From Geotalea daltonii FRC-32 (GTDB taxonomy: Bacteria > Desulfobacterota > Desulfuromonadia > Geobacterales > Geobacteraceae), in the NCBI RefSeq assembly GCF_000022265.1, contig NC_011979.1, forward strand, positions 3,810,001 to 3,842,000: DNA of 32,000 bases, read 5' to 3'. The notes beneath the pieces were generated by a model. The model saw only the letters and a program-made list of their open reading frames with translations. It ran no database searches and was not told the origin of the DNA. The translations under genes and the position numbers were made by a program. Numbering within the stretch: the stretch's first letter is position 1; every line of letters starts with the position of its first letter. This document shows, in pieces, positions 10,143 to 18,322 of this stretch.

Positions 10143-12212
10143 ATGATTAATTCTCTTAAGATAAAAATAATAGGGCTTGTTACTGTTACCATCATAGGCA
10201 TCGTCTCGCTTGTCTCCTATGTTACCTACAGACAGCAGAAGGAAATGCTCTATGACATGGCAACTTACAACACCAATGTGCTCAACGAGACGGTGAAAAA
10301 CAGCATCAGCGATGCCATGCGTTCTGGCCGGTCCCAGGAAATAAGTGCCATTTTCAGCCGCCTCCGCTCCAAGGAATTCATCTCATCCCTGCGTATCGTC
10401 GATGAAACGGGCAAGATTCTCATTTCAGCAGATCAGACGGAAATAGGACATTTTCTACCCGAATACGAACGACACGAGCTAAAAACAAATTTTCAGCAAA
10501 AATTCACCCTTTCCGAGAATCGAAGGGTCTTCGATTCTTTCGCCCGTATTCCCAATAATCCTCTCTGCCATAGATGTCACAGTCCGAGCATCAAAACTCT
10601 TGGATTCTTGGAAACTGAACTGTCCATGGGTTATATGGAAAGGTTCCTTGAGAAAGAAAAAAGAACTGCTGCCATTTCTACGGTACTGATCATAGGCTTG
10701 ATCATTATTATGGTTTCGGTATTTCTCATTTTCTATGTGGATAAACCGATCAGGAAATTGATTTCAACCATGGAAGAGGTAGAAAAAGGAAACTTCGACC
10801 ACAGGACCATAATCAGCAGCAGCAATGAAATGCGCATTCTTTCCCAGAGCTTCAATCGAATGGTCGAAAGATTCCGTGACATGATGGAGGCCAATATCGT
10901 CCATGAGAGGGAGCTGGCCCGGGCACAGGAAAAGCTGAGCCACCACCGCGAAACCCACCTGATGAATCAAAAACTGGAAGAACAGATCAAGGAAATCGAA
11001 ACGCTGAATGTCAACCTTGAAGAGCGGATCGAGGAAATCGAAGAAGCAAATTACAAGATTGCCGATCTGGCGGGTGAACTGGAAGACAAGAATACGACCC
11101 TGGAAAATGCCGTTTCCAAGCTATCCACTCTTTACAAGGTAGGCCTGGCCATAAATTCCACCATGGAATCGGAGAGCCTTTTCAAGCTGATTGTGAAAAC
11201 CACTATGGATACACTACGTGCCCAGATCGGCTACATCATTCTTTGGGACCAGGAACAGCATGAGATGCTGATTACAACTCTGATTGGACATGACGGGCTT
11301 TCTCCTTCGGGTACGGTGTTACCCCGGAAACAGTCCAGCGTCTCCAGCTGGGTTATCGAAAACGGCAAGCCGCTGCTCATTGCCGATATCAATCAAGCTC
11401 CGGAGTTTGACCGATTCAGTGCCATGGGTTATGAGCGCAAGACCCTGATCTGCGCTCCTCTCATCGTAAAAAACGAGATTATCGGTACCATTACCGTCGT
11501 CAACAAGATCGACAACTCCACCTACAATCATGAGGAACTGGAACTATTTTCCACCATCGCCGCTCAGGCAAGCATCGCCATCAAAAACGCAAAGCTTTAT
11601 GACGAGCAGCAAAAGACCTATCTGAACACCATTCAGGCCCTTGTATCGGCCATTGAAGCCAGCGACAGCTATACCCGTGGCCATTCCGAGCGGGTTACCT
11701 ACTATAGCCTGGAACTGGCCAAGAAACTGGAGCTGCCCCAGGATCGTCTCAAGATCATCGAAAGGGCAGCGATTCTCCACGATATAGGCAAGATAGGCAT
11801 TGACCTGACCTTGCTCCACAAGGAAGGAAGGCTGACTGCGGAGGATATCAACGATCTTCAGCAGCACCCCACCATCGGCATGAAGATCCTCGAGCCGATA
11901 GAGTTTCTTCAGGATGTAAGGCTTTGCATCGGTCAACACCATGAACGCTACGATGGCCAGGGTTATCCCAACTCCATTCCCGCATCCGGATTGCTCCTTG
12001 AATCAAAAATTCTCGCCATAGCCGACGCCTTTGATGCAATGACCTCAGACCGCCCCTACCGTAAGGCTCTACCGGTCGAGGTGGCCATCAATGAGTTGTA
12101 CAGCAACGCCGGCACCCAGTTCGACCCCGAACTTGTACCTCACTTTGTGGACCTTCTCAAGGATTCCCAATTTCAGAGCAGCAGGGTAGGCAGAGCCACT
12201 GCCATGGCGTGA
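10143..12212 (+). CDS. Membrane-bound signalling protein: periplasmic CXXCH sensor loop - HAMP - coiled coil - GAF - HD-GYP (predicted c-di-GMP phosphodiesterase)
   Basis: 689 aa. TM helices at about aa 8-29 and 175-198 bracket a ~145-aa loop containing CHRCH (10566-10580). HAMP-like segment KPIRKLISTMEEVEKGNF... A long heptad-rich linker follows, then a GAF-like region, then the HD-GYP signatures HDIGKIGI and HHERYDGQGYP. Confidence 0.9.
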   Translation: MINSLKIKIIGLVTVTIIGIVSLVSYVTYRQQKEMLYDMATYNTNVLNETVKNSISDAMRSGRSQEISAIFSRLRSKEFISSLRIVDETGKILISADQTEIGHFLPEYERHELKTNFQQKFTLSENRRVFDSFARIPNNPLCHRCHSPSIKTLGFLETELSMGYMERFLEKEKRTAAISTVLIIGLIIIMVSVFLIFYVDKPIRKLISTMEEVEKGNFDHRTIISSSNEMRILSQSFNRMVERFRDMMEANIVHERELARAQEKLSHHRETHLMNQKLEEQIKEIETLNVNLEERIEEIEEANYKIADLAGELEDKNTTLENAVSKLSTLYKVGLAINSTMESESLFKLIVKTTMDTLRAQIGYIILWDQEQHEMLITTLIGHDGLSPSGTVLPRKQSSVSSWVIENGKPLLIADINQAPEFDRFSAMGYERKTLICAPLIVKNEIIGTITVVNKIDNSTYNHEELELFSTIAAQASIAIKNAKLYDEQQKTYLNTIQALVSAIEASDSYTRGHSERVTYYSLELAKKLELPQDRLKIIERAAILHDIGKIGIDLTLLHKEGRLTAEDINDLQQHPTIGMKILEPIEFLQDVRLCIGQHHERYDGQGYPNSIPASGLLLESKILAIADAFDAMTSDRPYRKALPVEVAINELYSNAGTQFDPELVPHFVDLLKDSQFQSSRVGRATAMA

Positions 12213-12263
12213 GCCCTCCGCCGGCAAGACAAAAGTCCCTCCGCGCCCTCCAATCCAAAGCAT

Positions 12264-12292
12264 TTGCCCCTCCCGCCGAATCATGGTATATA
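12264..12292 (+). promoter_or_regulatory. Possible sigma-70 promoter for the ABC ATPase pair
   Basis: TTGCCC (12264-12269), a 17-nt spacer ending in TGG, then TATATA (12287-12292). It lies about 44 nt upstream of the TTG start at 12336. Confidence 0.3.
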
Positions 12293-12335
12293 AGATCAAA
12301 AGTCCGGCACACTCCTACACCATTCAGGATTTCCA

Positions 12336-13298
12336 TTGCCAACTCTCCTCCAGGTACAAAATCTTACCGTCAACTTCAGAGTCCCCCAGGGAACCCTGCA
12401 GGCTGTCAGCGGTGTCAGTTTTTCTCTCGACAGGGGCGAAACACTGGCCATTGTCGGCGAATCCGGCTGCGGCAAAAGCGTAACCGCCTACTCCATAATG
12501 GGGCTGGTTGCGTCGCCGGGCAATATAGCTGCCGGAGAAATAGTCTTTGCCGGCAGGGACCTGCTCAGGCTCGATGAGCAGGAGATGCGCAAAATCAGGG
12601 GTGACCGGATTGCCATGATTTTCCAGGAACCCATGACCTCTCTCAATCCGGTGCTTTCCGTAGGCACGCAGATCATCGAGGGCTTGCGGCTCCATCGCGG
12701 CCTGTCCCGGCGGGAAGCCAGGGAGGCAGGAATCGGCCTGCTCGAACAGGTGGGCATTGCCTCCTCAGCCGTGCGATTTGATGAATATCCGCACCAGATG
12801 AGCGGGGGCATGCGGCAACGGGTCATGATTGCCATGTCCATTGCCTGCAATCCCGAACTCCTTATCGCCGATGAACCGACAACAGCACTGGACGTAACCA
12901 TTCAGGCACAGATACTGGAACTAATGGACCGGCTGAAAAGGGAAAACCGGATGGGAATGATCCTGATAACCCATGATTTGGGAATAGTAGCAGAACGTTC
13001 ACACCGCACGGCGGTCATGTACGCAGGGAAGATTGTCGAATACGGCCCGACGGGGGAAATATTACGCAAGCCGGGCCACCCGTATACCGAGGGGCTGCTT
13101 AAATCTCTTCCCCAGGACACCAAACCTGGTCAGCCACTGCAGACAATATTCGGATCTGTCCCGGATCTCCTGGTCAGACAGCCCGGCTGCGGATTTTGCA
13201 ACCGCTGTCCGGGGAAGGACTGGCACTGTGAAACAGCTGAACCGGAAATGAAAGAAATCGCCGGCGGCCACTTTGTCCGCTGCTGGAAAGTCCAATGA
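12336..13298 (+). CDS. Dipeptide/oligopeptide-type ABC transporter ATP-binding protein (DppD/OppD-like)
   Basis: 320 aa. Walker A GESGCGKS, signature MSGGMRQR, Walker B LLIADEPTTALD, H-loop ITHDL, and an Opp/Dpp C-terminal extension with Cys pattern CGFCNRCP...C...C. TTG start with a weak SD. Confidence 0.9.
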   Translation: MPTLLQVQNLTVNFRVPQGTLQAVSGVSFSLDRGETLAIVGESGCGKSVTAYSIMGLVASPGNIAAGEIVFAGRDLLRLDEQEMRKIRGDRIAMIFQEPMTSLNPVLSVGTQIIEGLRLHRGLSRREAREAGIGLLEQVGIASSAVRFDEYPHQMSGGMRQRVMIAMSIACNPELLIADEPTTALDVTIQAQILELMDRLKRENRMGMILITHDLGIVAERSHRTAVMYAGKIVEYGPTGEILRKPGHPYTEGLLKSLPQDTKPGQPLQTIFGSVPDLLVRQPGCGFCNRCPGKDWHCETAEPEMKEIAGGHFVRCWKVQ

Positions 13299-14269
13299 AC
13301 ACGCTCATTGAGGCAAAATCCCTTGCTAAACATTTTCCTGTAAAGGCCGGCCAGTTCGGCAGGCAACAGCTATTGAAAGCAGTTGACGGAATAGATCTGC
13401 ATATCGGTAAAGGGGAAACTCTCGGCGTGGCAGGAGAATCCGGCTGCGGCAAATCTACCGTAGCAAAACTGCTGATGGGCCTGATAAAGCCATCTGGCGG
13501 GAGCATCACCTACCAGGGGAAGAGCCTGGTTGACATGGGCAAGGTAGAGCGCGCCTCCTTTCGCAAAACCGTGCAGATGATTTTTCAGGATCCGTTCTCT
13601 TCCCTGAATCCTCGCATGAGAGTGGGAGATATCATCGGCGAGCCGTTCACCGTTCATGGCCTTGCATCCGGTGCCCGCAAAAGGGATCTGGTAATTGGCC
13701 TCATGGCAAAGGTCGGCCTGTCGGAAGAGCATTTTTACCGGTATCCCCACGAGTTTTCGGGGGGACAGAGGCAGAGAATCGGCATTGCCAGGGCACTTGC
13801 CGTTTCACCGAAGCTGCTCATCGCCGATGAACCGGTCTCTGCCCTGGATATTTCGATCCAGGCGCAGATCATCAATCTGCTCATGGAACTGAAGCGGGAA
13901 TATGGCCTTTCCTTCCTCTTCATAACCCATGATCTCTCCGTGATCCGTCATCTGAGTGACCGGATAGCCATCATGTACCTGGGAAAGGTGGTGGAATCGG
14001 GGACCAGAGACGAAGTGCTGGACCGGTATCTCCATCCCTACACCCAAGCGCTTCTCTCGGCAGTGCCGCGTATTGATCCCGACAGGACAACCGGAAGAAT
14101 AGTCCTCCAGGGTGACCTGCCTTCACCCATCCATCCGCCGTCCGGTTGTCCCTTCCATACCCGCTGTCCCTATGCCGAGAATATCTGCAGCAAGGAACCG
14201 CCGCCTCTGGAGGAAAAGGAACCTGAGCACCTGGCCGCCTGCCATTTCAGTCAAAAGCTGTTTCGCTGA
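13295..14269 (+). CDS. Dipeptide/oligopeptide-type ABC transporter ATP-binding protein (DppF/OppF-like)
   Basis: 324 aa. Walker A GESGCGKS, signature FSGGQRQR, Walker B LLIADEPVSALD, and C-terminal GCPFHTRCPYAENIC motif. ATGA overlap with the upstream ATPase indicates translational coupling. Confidence 0.9.
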   Translation: MNTLIEAKSLAKHFPVKAGQFGRQQLLKAVDGIDLHIGKGETLGVAGESGCGKSTVAKLLMGLIKPSGGSITYQGKSLVDMGKVERASFRKTVQMIFQDPFSSLNPRMRVGDIIGEPFTVHGLASGARKRDLVIGLMAKVGLSEEHFYRYPHEFSGGQRQRIGIARALAVSPKLLIADEPVSALDISIQAQIINLLMELKREYGLSFLFITHDLSVIRHLSDRIAIMYLGKVVESGTRDEVLDRYLHPYTQALLSAVPRIDPDRTTGRIVLQGDLPSPIHPPSGCPFHTRCPYAENICSKEPPPLEEKEPEHLAACHFSQKLFR

Positions 14270-14283
14270 TTCAACCTTTTTTA

Positions 14284-14312
14284 TTGACAAAAAACGATTT
14301 AAACTCTATAGG
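14284..14312 (+). promoter_or_regulatory. Sigma-70-type promoter of the ArsR-family gene
   Basis: Consensus -35 TTGACA (14284-14289), exactly 17 nt spacer, -10 TATAGG (14307-14312). The TTG used as the ORF-track start is the first three bases of this -35 box. Confidence 0.5.
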
Positions 14313-14355
14313 TTGTAGCGTTTTTGCCATTGAGGATCACAACACTGGAGGCAAT

Positions 14356-14628
14356 GTGGAATTTGATAAAACAAGGAATTTCGATACTGAAGCGGAGATA
14401 TTGAAGGTGCTGGGTCATCCGGTCAGGCTGAAAATAGTTGCCGGACTTTGTACGAAGGAATGCAACGTGAAGTACATCTGGGAATGCCTCGGGCTGCCCC
14501 AGGCAACGGTTTCACAGCACCTGGCGCTGCTGAAGAACAAAGGGATCATTGAAGGAAAACGGGAAGGTGTAGAAGTTCACTACACGGTGGTGCATCCGCT
14601 GGCAAAGAAGCTGATCGCCGTCCTCTGA
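14356..14628 (+). CDS. ArsR/SmtB family winged-helix transcriptional regulator
   Basis: The HTH core LGHPVRLKIVAGL...LPQATVSQHLALLKNKGII is typical of ArsR/SmtB. The preferred start is GTG 14356 (MEFDKTRNF.., 90 aa), with GGAGG at 14347-14351. The track start at 14284 would put the promoter inside the CDS. Confidence 0.85.
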   Translation: MEFDKTRNFDTEAEILKVLGHPVRLKIVAGLCTKECNVKYIWECLGLPQATVSQHLALLKNKGIIEGKREGVEVHYTVVHPLAKKLIAVL

Positions 14629-14653
14629 GAACTTTCAAACCACAGCCGACAAC

Positions 14654-14680
14654 TCCCCTTCCAAAGGGGATTTTTATTTT
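14654..14680 (+). terminator. Rho-independent terminator after the ArsR gene
   Basis: Hairpin TCCCCTT-cca-AAGGGGA (14654-14670) followed by TTTTTATTTT (14671-14680). The T-tract overlaps the convergent pmbA stop codon (14674-14676). Confidence 0.65.
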
Positions 14681-16011
14681 CCGCTTACATCCAGTTCTTC
14701 TATTCTCAGGGCTGGGGAACCGACCGCCCCGAAAAAGCGCAGGTCATCGCCGATCCCGCCCACGTCCCGGAACAAATCCATTATATTACCGGAAATGACA
14801 ATGCCCTTTACCGGGTAGGCGATTATCCCTTTCTCTATGTAAAAACCTGCCGCTCCCACTGAAAAGTCACCCGAAACCGGATTGGCCGTGTGCATTCCCA
14901 TCACCGACGTCAGGAGCACCCCCTTATCCAACTGGTCGTAGAGCTTGTTTACGGGTGTGACCCCGTTTTCGATGAAGAAATTGGTGACCCCCATGTGGGG
15001 AAGCCCCTTAACCCCGCCACGCACCGCATTACCCGTGGAAACAACCTTATCCTTGCAGGCGCAGTAACTGTTGTAGAGAAATCCTTTAACCTCGCCACCT
15101 TCAACAAGGACCGTCCTCTGCCTGGGCACCCCTTCCCCGTCAAAGGGGGTCGTTGCCATACCGCCGGTGAGGAGTCCGTCATCGACGATTTTCAGGTTTC
15201 CGGCAAAAAGACGACTGCCCTTTTTCCCGGCCAGAATGGATTTCCCTTTCTGCACGTTTTCGGCCAGAAAAGAAGCTGCCAGCACCTCCAGGACCTCGGT
15301 TGCCACATAATTGTCCAGGATCACCGGGCATTTCATGGTGGCGATGTTGCGGGCGCCAAGCATGCCCGTCGCCTTGACAGCAGCGTTCTTTGCGATAGCC
15401 GCCATGTCCAGCCGGCTGAAATAGTTGCTGAAGCCGAAATCCCAGCCCATCTGCGACTGCCCCTCTTCTTCAGCCACGGCAGATACACTGCAGGAAACCG
15501 AGGTGCCGAAGTAGCTCCCCTCTACCCCCAGGGAGTTTCTGATGAACACTCCATAGCTGGATTCACCATAGCTGCTCTTTCTCACCTTTTTTATCCGGCT
15601 GTCCTCGGACAGGGTGAGCCGCTCAAGCTCAAGGGCGCGGGCAATCTTTTCCTCTTCTCCCACATCCGCCAGACTTTCATCCACAAGGCCGGATACCGTT
15701 TGATAAGTTGCCGGTGGGGGAAAACAGTTACACTCATCCTTGGTCTGTGTTTCGGCGCCGATTACCGCATTGGCAACCATCCGTTCCAGGTCCTTGCCAT
15801 CCATGCTCGTGGAAAAGGAAAATCCCATCCCCCCTTCCTTGAGCACCCGGATGCTGACCCCGACCGGCTCGGAACATTTGAAGGTATCCACCTTCTGCTC
15901 CCTGACCTCTATGGAAAGATTGCGGGATGCGCCGAGCATGATTTCATAGCCATTCAATACATGGCCTTTAAGCAGTTTTTCAACTCTTGCCGCTTCACGG
16001 TGGAAGTCCAT
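14674..16011 (-). CDS. pmbA: PmbA/TldE-type metalloprotease (TldD/PmbA family)
   Basis: 445 aa with family-typical length and blocks (GVSIRVLKEGGMGFSFS, GNAVRGG, MGMHTANPVSGDFSVGAAGF). No adjacent tldD partner. Confidence 0.85.
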   Translation of the reverse strand: MDFHREAARVEKLLKGHVLNGYEIMLGASRNLSIEVREQKVDTFKCSEPVGVSIRVLKEGGMGFSFSTSMDGKDLERMVANAVIGAETQTKDECNCFPPPATYQTVSGLVDESLADVGEEEKIARALELERLTLSEDSRIKKVRKSSYGESSYGVFIRNSLGVEGSYFGTSVSCSVSAVAEEEGQSQMGWDFGFSNYFSRLDMAAIAKNAAVKATGMLGARNIATMKCPVILDNYVATEVLEVLAASFLAENVQKGKSILAGKKGSRLFAGNLKIVDDGLLTGGMATTPFDGEGVPRQRTVLVEGGEVKGFLYNSYCACKDKVVSTGNAVRGGVKGLPHMGVTNFFIENGVTPVNKLYDQLDKGVLLTSVMGMHTANPVSGDFSVGAAGFYIEKGIIAYPVKGIVISGNIMDLFRDVGGIGDDLRFFGAVGSPALRIEELDVSGK

Positions 16012-16028
16012 GGATTCTCCGGTGCAGG

Positions 16029-16478
16029 TTATAGTTCGAGGATCATGGCGATCTCATCGCAGTCGGGAAACTTAACGCACTTCATGCAGTCCCCCCAGAC
16101 CTTGTGGGGGAGCTCAGACTTGTCGACAACGTGAAACCCGAATTTCGCGAAAAAATCAGGCTTGTAGGTAAGGCAGAAAACCTTTTTCAGTCCAAGCAGC
16201 CTCGCCTCGTCAATACATGCCTGCACCACCTGGGTGCCGATCCCTTTACGACCGGCGTCGTCGGCCACAGCTACTGAACGGACCTCGGCCAAATCCTCCC
16301 AGACGATGTGCAGGGCAGCGGTGCCGACAATGCGTCCCTCGATCTCGAATATGTTGAAGTCGCGAATTGCCTCATACAGCTCGGCAAGTGAACGGGACAG
16401 CATGTCCCCGCGGGAGGCATAGAAGGTTAAAAGCTTCTGGATATCCTTGACATCATTTATCTCAGCCTTGCGCAACAT
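16029..16478 (-). CDS. GNAT family N-acetyltransferase (short ArgA/N-acetylglutamate-synthase-like type)
   Basis: 149 aa with the acetyl-CoA binding block VAVADDAGRKGIGTQVV (R/Q-x-x-G-x-G/A) and a C-terminal PHKVWGDCMKCVKFPDC tail, as seen in short NAGS-like GNATs. Confidence 0.8.
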   Translation of the reverse strand: MLRKAEINDVKDIQKLLTFYASRGDMLSRSLAELYEAIRDFNIFEIEGRIVGTAALHIVWEDLAEVRSVAVADDAGRKGIGTQVVQACIDEARLLGLKKVFCLTYKPDFFAKFGFHVVDKSELPHKVWGDCMKCVKFPDCDEIAMILEL

Positions 16479-16513
16479 TACAGATCCTTTCTCGCGGTTG
16501 CGGGAAGGTATTT

Positions 16514-18175
16514 TTACCTAACCGCCTCCCCTATCATCTCCCGGGCATGCTCCAGGGTCGTGTCGGTAATCTTGATCCCTCCCAGCATCCGTGCCACTTC
16601 AGCTACCCGGTCATCATTGGCGAGCGGGACGGCAGAGGTAATCGTACGCCCCGACTCCACCTTCTTTTCCACTTTGAAATGCAGGTCGGCATAGGCAGCC
16701 ACCTGGGGAAGATGGGTAATGCACAGCACCTGCTGGGCTGCCGCTACCCGCTTAAGCTTCTCGCCTACCAAGGCAGAGGTTGCCCCGCCGATACCCGTAT
16801 CAACCTCGTCAAAGATAAGAGTCGGCACGTCGCTTTCCGGGTGCAGCTGCTTCAAGGCCAACATCAGCCGCGACAGTTCACCTCCCGATGCTATCTTCGC
16901 AAGTGGCTTCGGAGTTTCCCCAGGGTTTGGCGAAAAGAGAAACTCGGCACGTTCCAGGCCGGTTGATTTTGCCTGGGGGAGCCTTTCAAAGGCTACCTGG
17001 AAGCGGGCATTCTTCATGGCCAGCTCGGACAGCTCCTTCTCCATGGCCGATTCCAGCAGTTTTGCCGCGGCGGAGCGTTTCGAGTAAAGGCCCTCCCCTT
17101 TGACCCGTAAGGCATCAGTCAGATCCTCAAGCCTCTTCAGAAGCCCGTCCCGGTTTTCCTCCCGTGACCTCAGCTCTTCCATTTCCCGGTCGATGGTTTC
17201 CTTGTATGCAAGCACCCCCGGAATATGGGGGGCATATTTCTTCTTCAACCGCTGGATCAGCTCCAGCCGGTCTTCAACGGCCTGCAACCGTTCAGGGTCT
17301 GCTTCGATCCTGGTAGCGTATGTCCTCAGCGCCAAGGCCACGTCCTCCAGCTGGATGGAAGCTGCATCCAGTGAGGCCAGAGTATTTTCCAAAGCAGGAT
17401 CGATGGCTATCATCTCGGCAAGCCGTCTCTTCACCTGGGCCAGCCGGCCAAGGACGGCGTCATCGGCACCATACAGCTCGGCATATGCTTCCTGGCTATT
17501 CTGCAGAAGTTTCTCTCCATGGCTGAGAAGTGTCCGCTCCCGATCCAGTTCCTCTTCTTCCCCGACAATCAGGGCCGCATTGGCGATTTCATCGGACTGG
17601 AAGGAAATGAGGTCCAGGCGATGGGCTGCATCCCGTTCATCTTCCTCCAATGCCTTGAGTTTACCACCAACCTGCCTGTATTCATCATGGAGAGCGGCAA
17701 ATTCCCTGCGCAGCTCAAGCAGCCCCCCGTAACCGTCAAGGAGCAGCAGGTGGTTTTCCTGGCGCAGCAGGGTCTGGGCCTCATGCTGGCCATAGATATT
17801 TATCAACAACCTGGAAATTTCTGCCAGTATGGAAATGGTCGACAATCCGCCGCCGATAAAAACCCGGTTTTTGCCAGAACGGGAGACGACCCGCTTGATC
17901 AGCAGTTCGCCGTCGCACTCGATACCGATTTTATCAAGTTCTGCCAAGATCGAAGGACGACCGGAGAGATCGAAAATGGCTTCCACAACCCCTTCTTCAG
18001 CCCCGGCACGGATAAGGTCGGCCGACCCGCGGCCGCCAAGAATCAGATTCACCGCATCGATGATGATCGATTTTCCCGCACCGGTCTCACCGGTCAGGAT
18101 ATTGAGGCCGCCACGGAAGGAGACCGTCAGGGAGTCGATGATGGCGATATTTTTAATGGAAAGGTCTGTCAGCAT
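16514..18175 (-). CDS. recN: DNA repair protein RecN (SMC-like ATPase)
   Basis: 553 aa. N-terminal Walker A GETGAGKS, long central coiled coil, C-terminal signature SGGELSRLMLAL and Walker B LIFDEVDTGIGG. Confidence 0.95.
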   Translation of the reverse strand: MLTDLSIKNIAIIDSLTVSFRGGLNILTGETGAGKSIIIDAVNLILGGRGSADLIRAGAEEGVVEAIFDLSGRPSILAELDKIGIECDGELLIKRVVSRSGKNRVFIGGGLSTISILAEISRLLINIYGQHEAQTLLRQENHLLLLDGYGGLLELRREFAALHDEYRQVGGKLKALEEDERDAAHRLDLISFQSDEIANAALIVGEEEELDRERTLLSHGEKLLQNSQEAYAELYGADDAVLGRLAQVKRRLAEMIAIDPALENTLASLDAASIQLEDVALALRTYATRIEADPERLQAVEDRLELIQRLKKKYAPHIPGVLAYKETIDREMEELRSREENRDGLLKRLEDLTDALRVKGEGLYSKRSAAAKLLESAMEKELSELAMKNARFQVAFERLPQAKSTGLERAEFLFSPNPGETPKPLAKIASGGELSRLMLALKQLHPESDVPTLIFDEVDTGIGGATSALVGEKLKRVAAAQQVLCITHLPQVAAYADLHFKVEKKVESGRTITSAVPLANDDRVAEVARMLGGIKITDTTLEHAREMIGEAVR

Positions 18176-18196
18176 TTAAAATCCATTGAAATTTAT

Positions 18197-18322
18197 TGAT
18201 TTGCGTTCAAAAATGCCCAGGTGCAAGGCGCGCGAGGCCGAGGAGTGAGGCGTACATCGGTACGCCGCAGAGACGAGGACCGAAGGGCAACACAGCAGAT
18301 GGGCGTTTTTCAACGCAAATCA
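18197..18322. repeat. 126-nt long-armed inverted-repeat (MITE/REP-like or structured-RNA) element in the nadK-recN spacer
   Basis: The 23-nt arms TGATTTGCGTTCAAAAATGCCCA (18197-18219) and TGGGCGTTTTTCAACGCAAATCA (18300-18322) are complementary at 21/23 positions. An internal perfect hairpin GGCGTAC-atcg-GTACGCC lies at 18249-18266. Confidence 0.6.

Noticed and set aside
14284-14355. 24-codon N-terminal extension of the ArsR ORF from TTG 14284
   Set aside because: The TTG is part of a consensus TTGACA -35 box with a correctly spaced -10. The ArsR fold needs only the sequence from GTG 14356, which has an upstream GGAGG.
14890-16134. 414-aa plus-strand ORF overlapping pmbA and the GNAT gene
   Set aside because: Antisense shadow ORF. 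It has no motifs and crosses an intergenic gap of real genes, and pmbA on the opposite strand is well supported.
18197-18322. Possibility that the nadK-recN element is an SRP (4.5S) RNA or tRNA-like gene
   Set aside because: There is a superficial AGGACCGAAGGGCAAC resemblance to the SRP domain IV region. However, the conserved GGAAGCAGC motif and helix 8 symmetric loop are absent, and there is no cloverleaf.
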